Virus record (IMG/VR): IMGVR_UViG_3300022930_000002
Span: 1 to 56,680 of that record
Strand: one strand, 5' to 3'
Origin: a virus
Length of the DNA: 56,680 nucleotides
Positions within the stretch are counted from its first letter, which is position 1. The number at the start of each line of letters is the position of its first letter. This document shows positions 24,960-33,795 of the stretch, one piece after another. Position numbers and translations under genes: made by a program. The notes beneath the pieces were generated by a model. That model had not been told where the DNA came from, did no database searches, and saw only the letters and a list, made by a program, of their open reading frames with translations.

Positions 24960-25184
24960 ATGTGTAAACCTTTAAACCCTCCTGCTTCTTTTAAACTTAA
25001 GAACATGACAAGAATTATAATATTTATAGTGGCCTGCATAGCACTTCACTACTCCATAACTAATTTATACCAGGACAGCGATTTCATCGTATTGATCTGT
25101 CTACTGGTCCTGATCCTATCCCTTTACATGGTGTATTGGGTAGTAAAACCATCAATTAACAAATTAATTAAACACTTGAAGTAA
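24960..25184 (+). CDS. small two-TM membrane protein (probable ATG at 25005)
   Basis: MTRIIIFIVACIALHY and FIVLICLLVLILSLYMVYWVV. Confidence 0.55.
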   Translation: MCKPLNPPASFKLKNMTRIIIFIVACIALHYSITNLYQDSDFIVLICLLVLILSLYMVYWVVKPSINKLIKHLK

Positions 25185-25185
25185 A

Positions 25186-26031
25186 ATGGAAACAGCTCCT
25201 AAAAGACTCATCATTGGCGTGATCGCCATCGTCCTAGCATTAATCACATGGTGGATTCAACCCATGACCTACGAAAACATTGATGCCGGTAATGTCGGAA
25301 TCAAACCTTTACGGTTCTGATCGCGGTGTAGATAAAATTACAATCGTATCCGGTCGTGTCTGGTACAATACCTGGACAACCCGTATAGTGGAGTTCCCAA
25401 CATTTGTACAGAATGTAGATTACAAACCATTTGCAATTAACACAGTAGATGCAGCAAGGTTTGAGATTGATACTAAAATGCAGTATCGTGTATTATCTGA
25501 CTCAGTGCCTAAGATTTATACAACTTTCAGGTCCAACTTAGCAGACATCCAAGGTGAAGGTAGATATATTCAGACCGCAGTTTACGATGCCTTTAAAGCA
25601 ATTGTACCAAAATACACCTCAGACAGTTTAATGGCCAAGAGAGCACAGTTTGAAACTGAAGTAGAGATTGTATTGAAAGAAAGACTGGGATCACGTGGTA
25701 TCGTCTTAGAACAACTTACCTCGAACATTACCCCCCCCCTACATCTATGGCGCAGGCAATTGAGGCGAAGAATAGTTCGATCCAAGCAAAACTGGCAGCA
25801 GAAAATCAGGCTAAACAAGCTATAGCTGAGGCCAGTGTAATTAAAGCAAAAGCAGAAGGTGATGCAGCAGCGACATTAGTTCGTGCCAGAGCCGAGTCCG
25901 AAGCCAACCGATTGAAGCAGGCAACTCTTACACCGTTACTGGTAGAGATGGCCCGAATACAGAAATGGGATGGTGCATATCCCACAACAATAGCCGGAGG
26001 TGGTGCCGGATTCATGATGAACATGAAGTAA
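25186..26031 (+). CDS. SPFH / band-7 (prohibitin-stomatin) domain protein, split by two frame changes (about 25300-25310, and the C9 tract 25731-25739)
   Basis: Three collinear pieces: a TM anchor plus YENIDAGNVGIK, then NLYGSDRGVD...LEQLTSNITPP, then MAQAIEAKN..AEGDAAA...IQKWDG. Confidence 0.7.
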
Positions 26032-26052
26032 CCTAATTTTCCGTCAGATCAG

Positions 26053-26079
26053 CCCCAACACCGTAAATGGTTTGGGGTT
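26053..26079 (+). terminator. possible terminator
   Basis: CCCCAA-N13-TTGGGG followed by a weak T run. Confidence 0.4.
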
Positions 26080-26098
26080 CTGGCAGTAAAAAGCAATT

Positions 26099-26230
26099 AT
26101 GAAAACAGTTATAGTAGTAATCGCCCTTTACGTTCTGCTCGTCGTATCAGCCGTAATTTGGGCCAAACAGAGAGACCACCAAAGGTCCGTTACAGTTGAT
26201 GAGTTCGTAAACCATTCTGAGATAAAATAA
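26099..26230 (+). CDS. small single-TM protein, 43 aa
   Basis: Hand translation MKTVIVVIALYVLLVVSAVIWAKQRDHQRSVTVDEFVNHSEIK. Confidence 0.45.
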   Translation: MKTVIVVIALYVLLVVSAVIWAKQRDHQRSVTVDEFVNHSEIK

Positions 26231-26550
26231 TGGGACAGATCATTTATTTAGTAGTTGAAAATATACAAAACTCCGATTATGACTATTGGAGTTATGATGT
26301 AGTTACTGAAAACAAAAGTTATCATTTAACAGAAGAAGGAGCTAAAGCCAAGATCGCTGAATTAATAGCAGCCCAAGTTAGTTTAGTTAAAGACTGGACA
26401 GGAGATACCCCAGAAGAATTGGAGCGTAATAAAGAATTATTATCTAAGTATGAGAATAATCTTGTAACAATTGTAGTAGGGTCTGGAATGAATACTGTAC
26501 GAAGTGATTATCCTTGGTTTTTTATTGATCCCATAGAATTAGAAAACTAA
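26230..26550 (+). CDS. hypothetical protein
   Basis: ORF track; coupled on both sides. Confidence 0.6.
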   Translation: MGQIIYLVVENIQNSDYDYWSYDVVTENKSYHLTEEGAKAKIAELIAAQVSLVKDWTGDTPEELERNKELLSKYENNLVTIVVGSGMNTVRSDYPWFFIDPIELEN

Positions 26551-26551
26551 T

Positions 26552-27718
26552 ATGAAACAATACATAGACTTACTAAAAGCTATCGAAGCCCAGGGCACCG
26601 ATAAGCCTGCTGCCCGAGCAAATATGCCAGGCTCCCGATCACTATTCGGATACCAGTTCAGACATAATCTAGCTGATGGATTCCCATTACTTACCACTAA
26701 AAAGATGTACTGGAAAGGTATCGTAGCTGAATTGCTATGGTTCTTAAGAGGTGATACCAACATCAAATTTCTGGTGGATAATGGAGTCAACATCTGGAAT
26801 GGTGATGCTTACAATTTTTATCTTAAAAAATGTAAAGAAGTAGGAGTTACAGAACCATTGGAAATGGAGGGAGAATTTGGTTTTATAGCCCACATCAAAG
26901 CTTCCCAGTTACAACCTGGTACAAAAGTTTTAGCTCAGTCAGGATACCAATATGGTGATTGCGGATATCAATACGGTAAAGTGTGGACAAACTGGCAAGG
27001 AGAACCTTTTTTAGCAGGCAATACTTCTGGTGGAGATAACCATATTTACATTGATCAACCTTCCATCAATCAGATCACCAGAGTCATCCGGTCGTTACGC
27101 GAAACCCCAGAATCACGCAGACATATCGTTACCGCAGTTGATCCGGCTCACGACACAGACTTAGCCCTATATTGGTGCCATAGTATGTTTCAATTCAACT
27201 GTAGACCTCTTACACTTAATGAGAGGTACGAACTGTCCAACACAGGCTATATCCTGTTTGAGGATGAAAGTGATGAACTGGAATATAAGCAGATGCCGAA
27301 TATTTATGGTCCTGAAACTTTAACAGAAAGGATGGATTACTTTAATGTACCAAAATACTATTTGGATTGTCAGCTTTACCAGAGATCAGCCGATAGTATT
27401 TTAGGTGTGCCCTTTAATATTGCAAGTTATGCGCTACTTACCCATTTCATAGCTAAGATCGTTAACATGGTGCCAGGAGAGTTTATTCATAGTTTCGGAG
27501 ATGCCCACGTATATGACAACCATAAAGAAGCAATGGCAGAACAACTGAGCCGTACACCAACTGAGCTGCCAAAGTTAAATATAAATAGCCTGCCGTTCGA
27601 TTACCTGGAAGCAGGAGAAGATTGGGATAATTTCTTGTATGGTCTTAAAATAGAGGATTTTGAATTAATTGGATATAATCCTCAGCCTGCTATAAAAGCA
27701 GAACTTTCAACAGGATAA
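26552..27718 (+). CDS. thyA: thymidylate synthase (ThyA) family enzyme, divergent, with two ~50-aa insertions
   Basis: AELLWFLRGDTN, ESRRHIV, WCHSMFQF (catalytic Cys), QLYQRSAD..GVPFNIASYALL, GDAHVYDNH. The usual RTGTGT, SAWNP and PPCH motifs are altered. Confidence 0.8.
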   Translation: MKQYIDLLKAIEAQGTDKPAARANMPGSRSLFGYQFRHNLADGFPLLTTKKMYWKGIVAELLWFLRGDTNIKFLVDNGVNIWNGDAYNFYLKKCKEVGVTEPLEMEGEFGFIAHIKASQLQPGTKVLAQSGYQYGDCGYQYGKVWTNWQGEPFLAGNTSGGDNHIYIDQPSINQITRVIRSLRETPESRRHIVTAVDPAHDTDLALYWCHSMFQFNCRPLTLNERYELSNTGYILFEDESDELEYKQMPNIYGPETLTERMDYFNVPKYYLDCQLYQRSADSILGVPFNIASYALLTHFIAKIVNMVPGEFIHSFGDAHVYDNHKEAMAEQLSRTPTELPKLNINSLPFDYLEAGEDWDNFLYGLKIEDFELIGYNPQPAIKAELSTG

Positions 27719-27767
27719 AAAATATTTACAAAATATTTGCACAGGTCAGGATTTATTCTGACCTTTG
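27717..27767 (+). promoter_or_regulatory. promoter of the AAAAATATTTACAAAATATTTG class (weaker -7 box)
   Basis: AAAAATATTTACAAAATATTTG followed by a GGTCAGG..CTGACC hairpin and GACCTTTG. Confidence 0.45.
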
Positions 27768-27786
27768 TTGTATAACAAAAAAAGCT

Positions 27787-28209
27787 ATGAACGAATTACA
27801 ACAAAAACAGTTAGCCTTCTTGGAAGAAACGGTTAACCATTACAATTCTAATAACAGATGCTCTGAAGACGAATATGGTGTTAGTTGTAGATATTCCCCT
27901 ATTACCCTCGGACTTGAAGGTAAATCAGAAGGGTGTGCTATTGGTAGAAAACTTACTCCCGAACTGGCTAGAACTATTGATTTAAAATATGGAAGTGGTG
28001 GGGTAAAAACCGTAGTATCAGACTTACCACAAGAACTTATAGAATTAGAAATAGGTTTTTTACAAGACATTCAAGGATTGCACGATGCAGCTTCTAATTG
28101 GATAGAAACTGGTTTATCTCAAAGAGGACAAATTGAAGTTAATAAAATTAAAGAAAGCTATGGATTTATCGAAACTCCCACTACACATACAGAAGAAAAA
28201 AGGAAGTAA
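27787..28209 (+). CDS. hypothetical protein
   Basis: ORF track. Confidence 0.6.
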   Translation: MNELQQKQLAFLEETVNHYNSNNRCSEDEYGVSCRYSPITLGLEGKSEGCAIGRKLTPELARTIDLKYGSGGVKTVVSDLPQELIELEIGFLQDIQGLHDAASNWIETGLSQRGQIEVNKIKESYGFIETPTTHTEEKRK

Positions 28210-28265
28210 GGTCTGGTGGATAAACACTAAGACCGGAAAATATATTCATAAAGAAAATTTATATA

Positions 28266-28292
28266 AGTATCTCGATTGAGATACTTTTTTTT
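28266..28292 (+). terminator. intrinsic terminator
   Basis: AGTATCTC-GATT-GAGATACT followed by T8. Confidence 0.75.
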
Positions 28293-28320
28293 ATTTGTCA
28301 ACTTTTTACTATGTTTGTGT

Positions 28321-28950
28321 ATGATAAAAGATTTAGCAAATATAAAATTTGGAAAACTACAACCATTAACATATTACAGGAAAAATAATAGAACTTATTG
28401 GACTAGTAAATGTGAATGTGGAAATATTAAAGACATATTGAGTTCTAATTTAATAAGGGGTCTATCTAAAAGTTGTGGTTGTACCACTAATAAATCTTTA
28501 GAGCGACACCATTTACATGGTACTAAAATATACCAGTCTTGGAGAAGTATGAAGTCCAGATGCCACGCAAAACCTACAGAGAATCAATACGCAAACTACA
28601 CTGAAAGAGGCATAATGTACTGTGATAAATGGCGAAAATTCGAAGGTTTTTATTCTGATATGAGTGTAGACTACATAGAAGGCTACACAATAGAAAGAAA
28701 AAATGTCAACAAAGGATATGATCGAGATAACTGTATTTGGATTCCTAAAAGTGAACAAAATAAAAACAAAGTATCTACACCTAGATTCAATACCGTTTGG
28801 GGGTATATTACAATATCGGAAGCTGTTAAATTTTCAGGTCTGTCTCATGCAACAATAATTGGTAGACGAATTAGAGGTTGGAACGATGAAAAGATATTTA
28901 GTATAAATAAACCCTTATCAAAAGGACAACAAAAGAAAGCACATACCTAA
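28321..28950 (+). CDS. homing-endonuclease-like protein (Zn-ribbon + HNH-like core), paralog of 33792-34277; start trimmed to the ATG at 28321
   Basis: W.SKCECG...SCGC, Y.SW.SM..RC, then ERKNVNKGYDRDNCIWIPKSEQNKNK. The ORF-track extension overlaps the terminator. Confidence 0.5.
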   Translation: MIKDLANIKFGKLQPLTYYRKNNRTYWTSKCECGNIKDILSSNLIRGLSKSCGCTTNKSLERHHLHGTKIYQSWRSMKSRCHAKPTENQYANYTERGIMYCDKWRKFEGFYSDMSVDYIEGYTIERKNVNKGYDRDNCIWIPKSEQNKNKVSTPRFNTVWGYITISEAVKFSGLSHATIIGRRIRGWNDEKIFSINKPLSKGQQKKAHT

Positions 28951-30287
28951 AGTACGTGCTTTTTTAATGCAGTGATTAATTGATTTTGTGTAATGGTTTT
29001 TCCTTCTATTCGAGGCGCAACTACAAGTTCTTCTAAAGTGCCTTTAGCTATAAAAATCATATTAATGACAGATTTCTTCTGACCTTGTCGATCCAATCTA
29101 CCAACCGCCTGTAGATACAACTCTAAAGACCATGGAAGCCCCATCCAAAACATATGGTGCCCACCTTCAGCTAAATTCAATCCATGACCAATACTAGCCG
29201 GATGTGCAATAAGACATTTTATCTCGCCTCTATTCCACATATCAATCTCTTTCTCTGACTTAGGTATAATTCCTTCAGGAATGATCTTTTTAAGCCGTTC
29301 TAAGTCAGATTTGAATTGATAGAATATAATTACAGGCTCACCATTTAAAGCCTCGTATGCCTCAGCTATTGCATTCAATTTAGTATTATCTACAATGTGA
29401 TAATTTTTTTCGCTGTCGTAGCAAGCTCCGTTCGAAAACTGCAATAGTTTAGAATACAAAGCAGCAGCTGACAAAGGTGTAATTTCCTCTCCACTTAAAA
29501 GTTCTAAAGTTTCTTCCTTTTTAAACTTTTCGTAGGCTTCGTGGTTTTCTAAATCAACTAATCTCACAATATCCATTCTCGGAGGAAGATCAAGATAATC
29601 TTCAGCAGTCATCGAAATACAGATATCGCTGATCTTGTTATGGATGGTCTCTGCAACTCCTTCGCGGATCACGTAACCAAAACCGTTATAGTTGGCAATG
29701 AAATAGTTATTACGGTAGCCAGTTAGAGTTTTACCTAGTCGCTCTCCTTTATCCAGGAGAAACATCTGTGGCCAGAGATCGAGTAATGAGTTAGGAGCAG
29801 GTGTACCAGTCAGACCGATTGTTCTTCTCACATAGGGTAGAATTTTCTTCAGGGCCTTGAACCGCATTGAATTTCTATTCTTAAAAGAGGATAACTCATC
29901 AAGGATTAAGGCATCAAAAGGCCATTTCTTTTTATTCATCCAGAGCCATTCTACAAGCCAGTTTATATTATCTCTACTAATAACATATACGTCTGCCGGA
30001 GTCCTTAAGGCAATCAGTCGTTCTTTCTCAGTTCCAATGATCCTTGATATTTTAAGTATTTTGGTGTGATCCCATTTTTCAAGCTCTGCTTTCCAGGTCT
30101 GTTCTGCCACAAGTTTAGGAGCCACAATTAGTGGTCTCATAATTTCTGTACTCATTATCAGATATTCCAAAGCAGTAGCCGTAATAGAAGTTTTACCCAA
30201 TCCAAGACCTAGAAATAAAGCCGAATAGGGATGTTCTAAAATATGGTCGATGGCAGTTTTTTGGTAGTTATGTGGATTATATTTCAT
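28947..30287 (-). CDS. SNF2-family helicase
   Basis: YQ..AI..I, GLGLGKT (motif I), ILDELS (motif II), GTP..N, and a C-terminal helicase lobe with GLNL and GRLDRQGQ. Confidence 0.85.
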   Translation of the reverse strand: MKYNPHNYQKTAIDHILEHPYSALFLGLGLGKTSITATALEYLIMSTEIMRPLIVAPKLVAEQTWKAELEKWDHTKILKISRIIGTEKERLIALRTPADVYVISRDNINWLVEWLWMNKKKWPFDALILDELSSFKNRNSMRFKALKKILPYVRRTIGLTGTPAPNSLLDLWPQMFLLDKGERLGKTLTGYRNNYFIANYNGFGYVIREGVAETIHNKISDICISMTAEDYLDLPPRMDIVRLVDLENHEAYEKFKKEETLELLSGEEITPLSAAALYSKLLQFSNGACYDSEKNYHIVDNTKLNAIAEAYEALNGEPVIIFYQFKSDLERLKKIIPEGIIPKSEKEIDMWNRGEIKCLIAHPASIGHGLNLAEGGHHMFWMGLPWSLELYLQAVGRLDRQGQKKSVINMIFIAKGTLEELVVAPRIEGKTITQNQLITALKKHVL

Positions 30288-30293
30288 TCGATG

Positions 30294-30572
30294 TTAGATA
30301 AGTTCTAAGCATAATAAAAATTCGTTAAGTTGTTCTTCAGTGCCGATGGTATAAACTTTTATACCAAGCTTGCGAAGAATTTTATGGATTAAACGTTGTT
30401 GCGGAGAAAGACCATTCTTACCCCATTTAGTTTCAACAAAATAGATACGGCCTAAAGGCATAAAAATGATCCGATCAGGAACACCTTTAGTTTGGGGGGA
30501 AACCCATTTATAGCATTTCCCTCTCAAGGCTTCAATTTTACGCTTTAGTTTCGCCTCTAATTTTGCTTCCAT
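30294..30572 (-). CDS. VRR-NUC domain nuclease (start trimmed to M13 of the ORF track)
   Basis: GVPDRIIF..GRIYFVETKWGKNGLSPQQ pattern (D..E.K). Confidence 0.7.
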   Translation of the reverse strand: MEAKLEAKLKRKIEALRGKCYKWVSPQTKGVPDRIIFMPLGRIYFVETKWGKNGLSPQQRLIHKILRKLGIKVYTIGTEEQLNEFLLCLELI

Positions 30573-31381
30573 GATGAGAAAATATGTGCAATTACATCTA
30601 TGGTCCAACCATTCCCAAGCATCTTATATCTTTGGCAGTTTGAAACTGAATCGGTATAATTATCTGGAACTGTTTGAAGTCTCTCACATTCTAAAGGAGT
30701 AACTTTTCTGGGTAGATTTGTTTTTTTATCAAATACCATTTGACCTTGATTTTTAGTAAAATATTCACGTTTTGTAGTTCTACCGATTGAAGATATTATA
30801 CATCTACTTTTATCTCTATCAACATAAAAATCATCTGATATTATATCTTTTAATAAAATATTTCTGTCTTTAGGAATTTCTAAAGGAGCTATGTTAGTCC
30901 AATATATTCTTTTCCTGGTTTGAGCTGATACTAAAGCTGAATTAATTGCGATAGGTTCTACCCCAAGATATCCTGAAATAATATCCTGAGATTCCTTTTT
31001 CATCTTTACATTTTCTAATAAAAATTTAATCTCTGGATTAGTCTTTCTCAGTGTTTCTAAAAGCCTTACATACTCAAAAAACAGCTTACTTCTTGGGTCC
31101 TCAAAGTTCAATTGTTTACCCGCAAAGGAGAAGCCCTGACAAGGACTCCCCCCTATAAGAAGATCAATCTTAGGAAGTATCGCTTCAACCACAAAATCAT
31201 CCAAATCTACAACTGATCCCAGTTGAACTGTATTTGGGTAGTTGGATAGGGCTACTTTAATTGCATACTTATCTATTTCACTGGCGTAATATTCATTTAC
31301 TTTAATGCCTGATCTTTCTAATGCGATCTGCCCACAGGACATCCCATCAAAAAGACTTAAGACATTTATTCCGTTTTTCAT
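30557..31381 (-). CDS. DNA (cytosine-5)-methyltransferase, no cognate restriction gene seen
   Basis: LSLFDGMSCG (motif I), GGSPCQGFS (IV), FLLENV (VI), QRYKMLGNGWT (X). Confidence 0.85.
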   Translation of the reverse strand: MKNGINVLSLFDGMSCGQIALERSGIKVNEYYASEIDKYAIKVALSNYPNTVQLGSVVDLDDFVVEAILPKIDLLIGGSPCQGFSFAGKQLNFEDPRSKLFFEYVRLLETLRKTNPEIKFLLENVKMKKESQDIISGYLGVEPIAINSALVSAQTRKRIYWTNIAPLEIPKDRNILLKDIISDDFYVDRDKSRCIISSIGRTTKREYFTKNQGQMVFDKKTNLPRKVTPLECERLQTVPDNYTDSVSNCQRYKMLGNGWTIDVIAHIFSSWKQN

Positions 31382-33795
31382 ACTTTAGCTTTTTTACTTT
31401 CATTGACAATTGATTCGACTTTTACATAGGCACGTTGTCTACCATACGGACCAAAGTTTCTAACCGATGTAGATTTAACCCAACCAGGTATCTGAGCAAG
31501 CATCTGGTGTATGTATTTAGTATTTACACTAGTCATCTTACTAAAATCCTGTTCGAATAGCTCTGACCAGATTTCAGCTACGCAAACAGATACTCTTTCC
31601 TGAGTTCCAAAAGACATAATATCTTCTGTACTTCTAAGATATTGCCTGCGGAAAACTATACCCGATTTATTCCAATCTTCCGGAAGTGGTGTTTCAAGGA
31701 AACGTTCAACTATACCAACACGTTCTTCAGCTTCAGTATGGGCAGTCTGCATAGCAGTAGCCATAGCTTCCAATTCTTTGGATAGATACAATGGTTCGCC
31801 TTCATCAAATAAAACTTTAGCTTCAGCCCAGATTTGATCCACTGGCATTTCATCCCAGGATTTTGTTTTTCCCTCAATAAATCCATAAACGGTAACTGGC
31901 CAGAACCTACGGTTTCCCGTATAATCTTTTAGAAAAGAACTTTCATTGGTTGTGCCTACCAAAATACACTGTCGGGCAAAGTTCTCTGTTCTTCTACCAT
32001 AAGCTACTCTGAATTTATCAAAACGTTTAGAAACAAATTGCTTGATCTGTTCTACTTCAGACTTCTTAAATCCTGCTAATTCAGCAATCTCTATGATCCA
32101 GTTGCCTTGTAATTGTTCGAACGACTCTTTACCTTGAACAGTGGTAAAACTGTCTGAAAACCATTCTTTACCCAGATTATTGAAGAAAGTACTTTTGCGG
32201 ATACCCTGAGCACCTACAAGAGTAAGCACTGTGTCGTATTTTATCCCAGGAACATAGATTCTTGCTACCGCAGCAACTAAAGTTTTTAAGGTTACAGCTC
32301 TGACATAAGGGGTATCTTCAGCATTGAAATAATCAATCAATAAAGTTTCAAGTCTCTTTTTACCATCCCAAACTTGCGAACCCACATAATCCTGAATCGG
32401 GTGATAGCTATTTTTCATAGCTGCAATATTGATGGCATCGAAAGTTTTACCAGTATTGAAAATACCGTAAACACGTTCCACATAATGGCGCATTCCGGCA
32501 TCATCAGAATCTACAAATGGTCTGGCCTTCACAAAATAATCATCCCATGGCAGTTCGCCAACTATATAGATATTTCCTTCAAAACTATTGTACTTGATCT
32601 TACCTTTTATTAGTGGGTCATTGTTGATGACAAGCACAATGTTGTTAATGGTAGAATCATAAACCCCATTTTTATTAAGGTTCATTTTCTTTTTCCAGGC
32701 ATTATCATCAACTTCTTCAGCATTTTCTTCTTCTACATAATCGTCGAAAGCATCAAAAGCCTGAAGTTTAATTTCCTGTTTAACAGCATCAAGTTCACTC
32801 ACCCAAGCCTGCATTTCTTTGAAACTTTCAAGCTTGTTTATTGCTGCATCGCTATCCTTATCAAGATGCCCATATTTATGTATACGTACAAGATCAAAAG
32901 CATTGACCAGTTTACCGTGAATAGGATCACTGTTGTGGAAGGAATAAAAGAAAGTTCCATGCTCATATACGCGAACACCGGCAGAAGTAGACCCACGTGT
33001 GTAGGTCATATATTCTTCCTTATCGGTATATTCATAAAGTAGTTGATCATTATCTTTCAGAAATTCTTCTGCTGCCTCTACAGCATTATAAGCTCTACAG
33101 AAAGCACCAACTAATCCTGGCTTTTCAGTAGGATCACCCTGCTTTTTAAGATCACTACGGACCGTAATATCTTCATTGGAAGTCATTGGCCATGCAGACA
33201 TATCTTTCCAGTCAACATACGTGGCCAGAATATCATCAGCACATAATATTTCATTACTGTCCTGATGTCTGAAAAGATATTCTCCATCTGAGCTAACAGA
33301 AGGCCAATACATCAAACGCTGTGGTTGAAAAGTAGTACTATCGAAATAGGCCATACCTATGTCATCTGCGATTTTACGACCAATAGCTTCATATTCCTCT
33401 CTGCTAACTGGGCGATCCAAAGGAATAATTAATCTTAATCGCGGTGCATCTGGGCAGTGTTTGTGTGTAGTATAAGTTGCTGCTTTACATCCGTAAATAA
33501 AAGTAAAATCTTCCCAAGCATCAGTAGTACCAAAATCACTGTCTAAAGTGATCAACTGGCGATGAGTAACGTTTGTAACCGGAGTTCTTTTACCTCCGGC
33601 AAGATACCCTCCTACAAAACCACCAACGTCTTTTTTCTCAGCTTGAAAAACTTTTGAAGCATTGATGTATGTTGAGTATGTTTCTCCCGTAGGAACAGGT
33701 GTTTCTAGCTTTTTTAAAAACTCATCCCAGGACATTTTTTTATTTTTCCAAGTCTTAGTCCTACGACTTGCTGCTACTGCAATATCAAAAATCAT
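31378..33795 (-). CDS. primase-helicase (N-terminal primase-polymerase-like region + VirE-type P-loop)
   Basis: 805 aa; Walker A GAQGIRKST; Walker B-like WIIEIAEL; sits next to the DNA polymerase. Confidence 0.75.
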   Translation of the reverse strand: MIFDIAVAASRRTKTWKNKKMSWDEFLKKLETPVPTGETYSTYINASKVFQAEKKDVGGFVGGYLAGGKRTPVTNVTHRQLITLDSDFGTTDAWEDFTFIYGCKAATYTTHKHCPDAPRLRLIIPLDRPVSREEYEAIGRKIADDIGMAYFDSTTFQPQRLMYWPSVSSDGEYLFRHQDSNEILCADDILATYVDWKDMSAWPMTSNEDITVRSDLKKQGDPTEKPGLVGAFCRAYNAVEAAEEFLKDNDQLLYEYTDKEEYMTYTRGSTSAGVRVYEHGTFFYSFHNSDPIHGKLVNAFDLVRIHKYGHLDKDSDAAINKLESFKEMQAWVSELDAVKQEIKLQAFDAFDDYVEEENAEEVDDNAWKKKMNLNKNGVYDSTINNIVLVINNDPLIKGKIKYNSFEGNIYIVGELPWDDYFVKARPFVDSDDAGMRHYVERVYGIFNTGKTFDAINIAAMKNSYHPIQDYVGSQVWDGKKRLETLLIDYFNAEDTPYVRAVTLKTLVAAVARIYVPGIKYDTVLTLVGAQGIRKSTFFNNLGKEWFSDSFTTVQGKESFEQLQGNWIIEIAELAGFKKSEVEQIKQFVSKRFDKFRVAYGRRTENFARQCILVGTTNESSFLKDYTGNRRFWPVTVYGFIEGKTKSWDEMPVDQIWAEAKVLFDEGEPLYLSKELEAMATAMQTAHTEAEERVGIVERFLETPLPEDWNKSGIVFRRQYLRSTEDIMSFGTQERVSVCVAEIWSELFEQDFSKMTSVNTKYIHQMLAQIPGWVKSTSVRNFGPYGRQRAYVKVESIVNESKKAKV

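Noticed and set aside
24385-24960. Group I intron carrying ORF 24540-24875
   Set aside because: No interrupted host gene can be reconstructed from the flanks. I could not identify a P7/G-binding core or a homing-nuclease motif in the ORF. The region is kept only as an unexplained structured RNA.
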